Below are positions 31,379 to 32,000 of a DNA stretch of 32,000 bases, piece after piece. The position numbers and the translations under genes were made by a program. Numbering within the stretch: the stretch's first letter is position 1; every line of letters starts with the position of its first letter. The stretch comes from Oceanibacterium hippocampi (GTDB lineage Bacteria > Pseudomonadota > Alphaproteobacteria > Sneathiellales > Sneathiellaceae): assembly GCF_900172325.1 (NCBI RefSeq), contig NZ_FWFR01000001.1:1410335-1442334 (forward strand), in the 5' to 3' direction. The notes beneath the pieces were generated by a model. That model was not told where the DNA came from. It made no database searches and saw nothing but the letters and a program-made list of their open reading frames with translations.

Positions 31379-32000
31379 TCAGGGCAGCAGCAGGGAATGG
31401 GACATGGCGCCCAGCCGCTCGATCAGCCGGGTCATGTCGGCGGCCAGGCGCCCGAGCGCCGGGAGCCGCTCGATCCGCTCCTCATCCATGTAGAGGGCGC
31501 GGTTGATCTCGATCTGCAGCGCGTGATAGCCGCGCTCCGGCTGGCCGTAGCGAACCGTCGTATGGCCGCCGGCATAGGGCGCGTTGCGGGCGACCCGGTA
31601 GCCGAGATCGGTGAGCGCACGCGCCGCGTGGTCGGTCAGCGCCGGCGCGCAGGCGGTGCCGTATCGGTCGCCGAGCACGATGTCGGCGCGGCGGTCGCCG
31701 TCGTCCTGGTCCATCGGCCCGCCGATCGACGGCATCGAATGGCAATCGACCACGACGGCGAAACCGAAGCGGGCGCGGGTATCGGAAAGCAGACGGGCCA
31801 GCGCCCGGTGATAGGGGTTGTAGCAGTCGCGGACCCGTCGCTCGGCCTCGGCGAAAGACAGCTTACGGGCATAGATCTCGCAACCGTTGGCGACGACCCG
31901 GGCAAGCGTGCCGAGGCCGCCGGCGACGCGCACGCTGGTCGTGTTGACGAAATCCGGCAGGGGCTCGGCGAACATCGCCGGGTCGAGCTCGTAGGGTTCC
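31379..32000 (-). CDS. N-formylglutamate amidohydrolase family protein (5-prime end beyond the window)
   Basis: FGase-family motifs VVDCHSMPS, DIVLGDRYG and PYAGGHTT. The reading frame stays open to the window edge, so the gene is partial. Confidence 0.8.
   Translation of the reverse strand, partial: EPYELDPAMFAEPLPDFVNTTSVRVAGGLGTLARVVANGCEIYARKLSFAEAERRVRDCYNPYHRALARLLSDTRARFGFAVVVDCHSMPSIGGPMDQDDGDRRADIVLGDRYGTACAPALTDHAARALTDLGYRVARNAPYAGGHTTVRYGQPERGYHALQIEINRALYMDEERIERLPALGRLAADMTRLIERLGAMSHSLLLP

Noticed and set aside
25199-32000. Interpreting the HAL-family gene plus the FGase-family gene as a histidine-utilisation (hut) locus.
   Set aside because: No hutU, hutI or hutC gene is present. 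The two genes are 5 kb apart in different operons, and the HAL-family protein lacks the MIO triad.
1-32000. Search by eye for CRISPR arrays, tRNA/rRNA genes, IS elements, integrases, toxin-antitoxin pairs and known defence-system genes.
   Set aside because: I saw no regularly spaced direct repeats, no cloverleaf-like or rRNA-like segments in the short intergenic regions, and no transposase, integrase or defence-type domains in any ORF translation. This cannot be fully excluded without running tRNAscan-SE, Infernal or defence-system HMM searches.

Overview
This is a very GC-rich, densely packed chromosomal window with alphaproteobacterial gene content and synteny. I call about 31 protein-coding genes. 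I recognised no rRNA, tRNA, CRISPR array, transposase, integrase or phage gene. All calls come from reading the supplied ORF translations and the DNA by eye; no database search was run.

Gene order, left to right:
- acyl-CoA dehydrogenase (-) and rhodanese (+)
- GT4 glycosyltransferase (+) convergent with a Wzx/MOP flippase (-)
- yqjG-type glutathionyl-hydroquinone reductase (-) divergent from a LysR regulator (+)
- secreted DUF1194 vWA-like protein (+)
- a translationally coupled minus-strand operon: DUF1285, CoA-pyrophosphatase Nudix, small membrane protein, CCA-adding enzyme
- a plus-strand four-gene operon: MoxR AAA+, DUF58, a 906-aa BatA_N/DUF4159 protein, and a 691-aa vWA membrane protein
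- YhbS-like GNAT (-) and an orphan secreted Cys-containing protein (-)
- two tandemly duplicated flavin-reductase-like genes (+)
- SDR plus an unknown 310-aa protein (-)
- transglutaminase-like cysteine protease-fold protein (+)
- a minus-strand operon: HAL/PAL-family protein, SCP-x-type thiolase, ferritin-like helical protein
- small secreted protein, YqaA, D-2-hydroxyacid dehydrogenase and Ada (+)
- lytic transglycosylase (-)
- an AT-richer 360-nt intergenic region
- PAT-like GNAT and a truncated N-formylglutamate-amidohydrolase-family gene (-)

Most of the window looks like conserved core genome rather than an island. The points most worth a second look are:
1. The HAL/PAL-family protein lacks the Ala-Ser-Gly triad needed for the MIO cofactor and several other catalytic residues, yet sits in an operon with a thiolase.
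2. The mechanistically uncharacterised MoxR/DUF58/giant-membrane-protein module, with several MIDAS-bearing partners in the window.
3. An orphan, very strong plus-strand intrinsic terminator preceded by a hairpin and an exposed CCUCCC anti-SD-like motif. This suggests an sRNA or tiny gene, in a region carrying four copies of CGATTGCC.
4. A ~26-nt motif repeated at both intercistronic junctions of the yqaA / hydroxyacid dehydrogenase / ada string.
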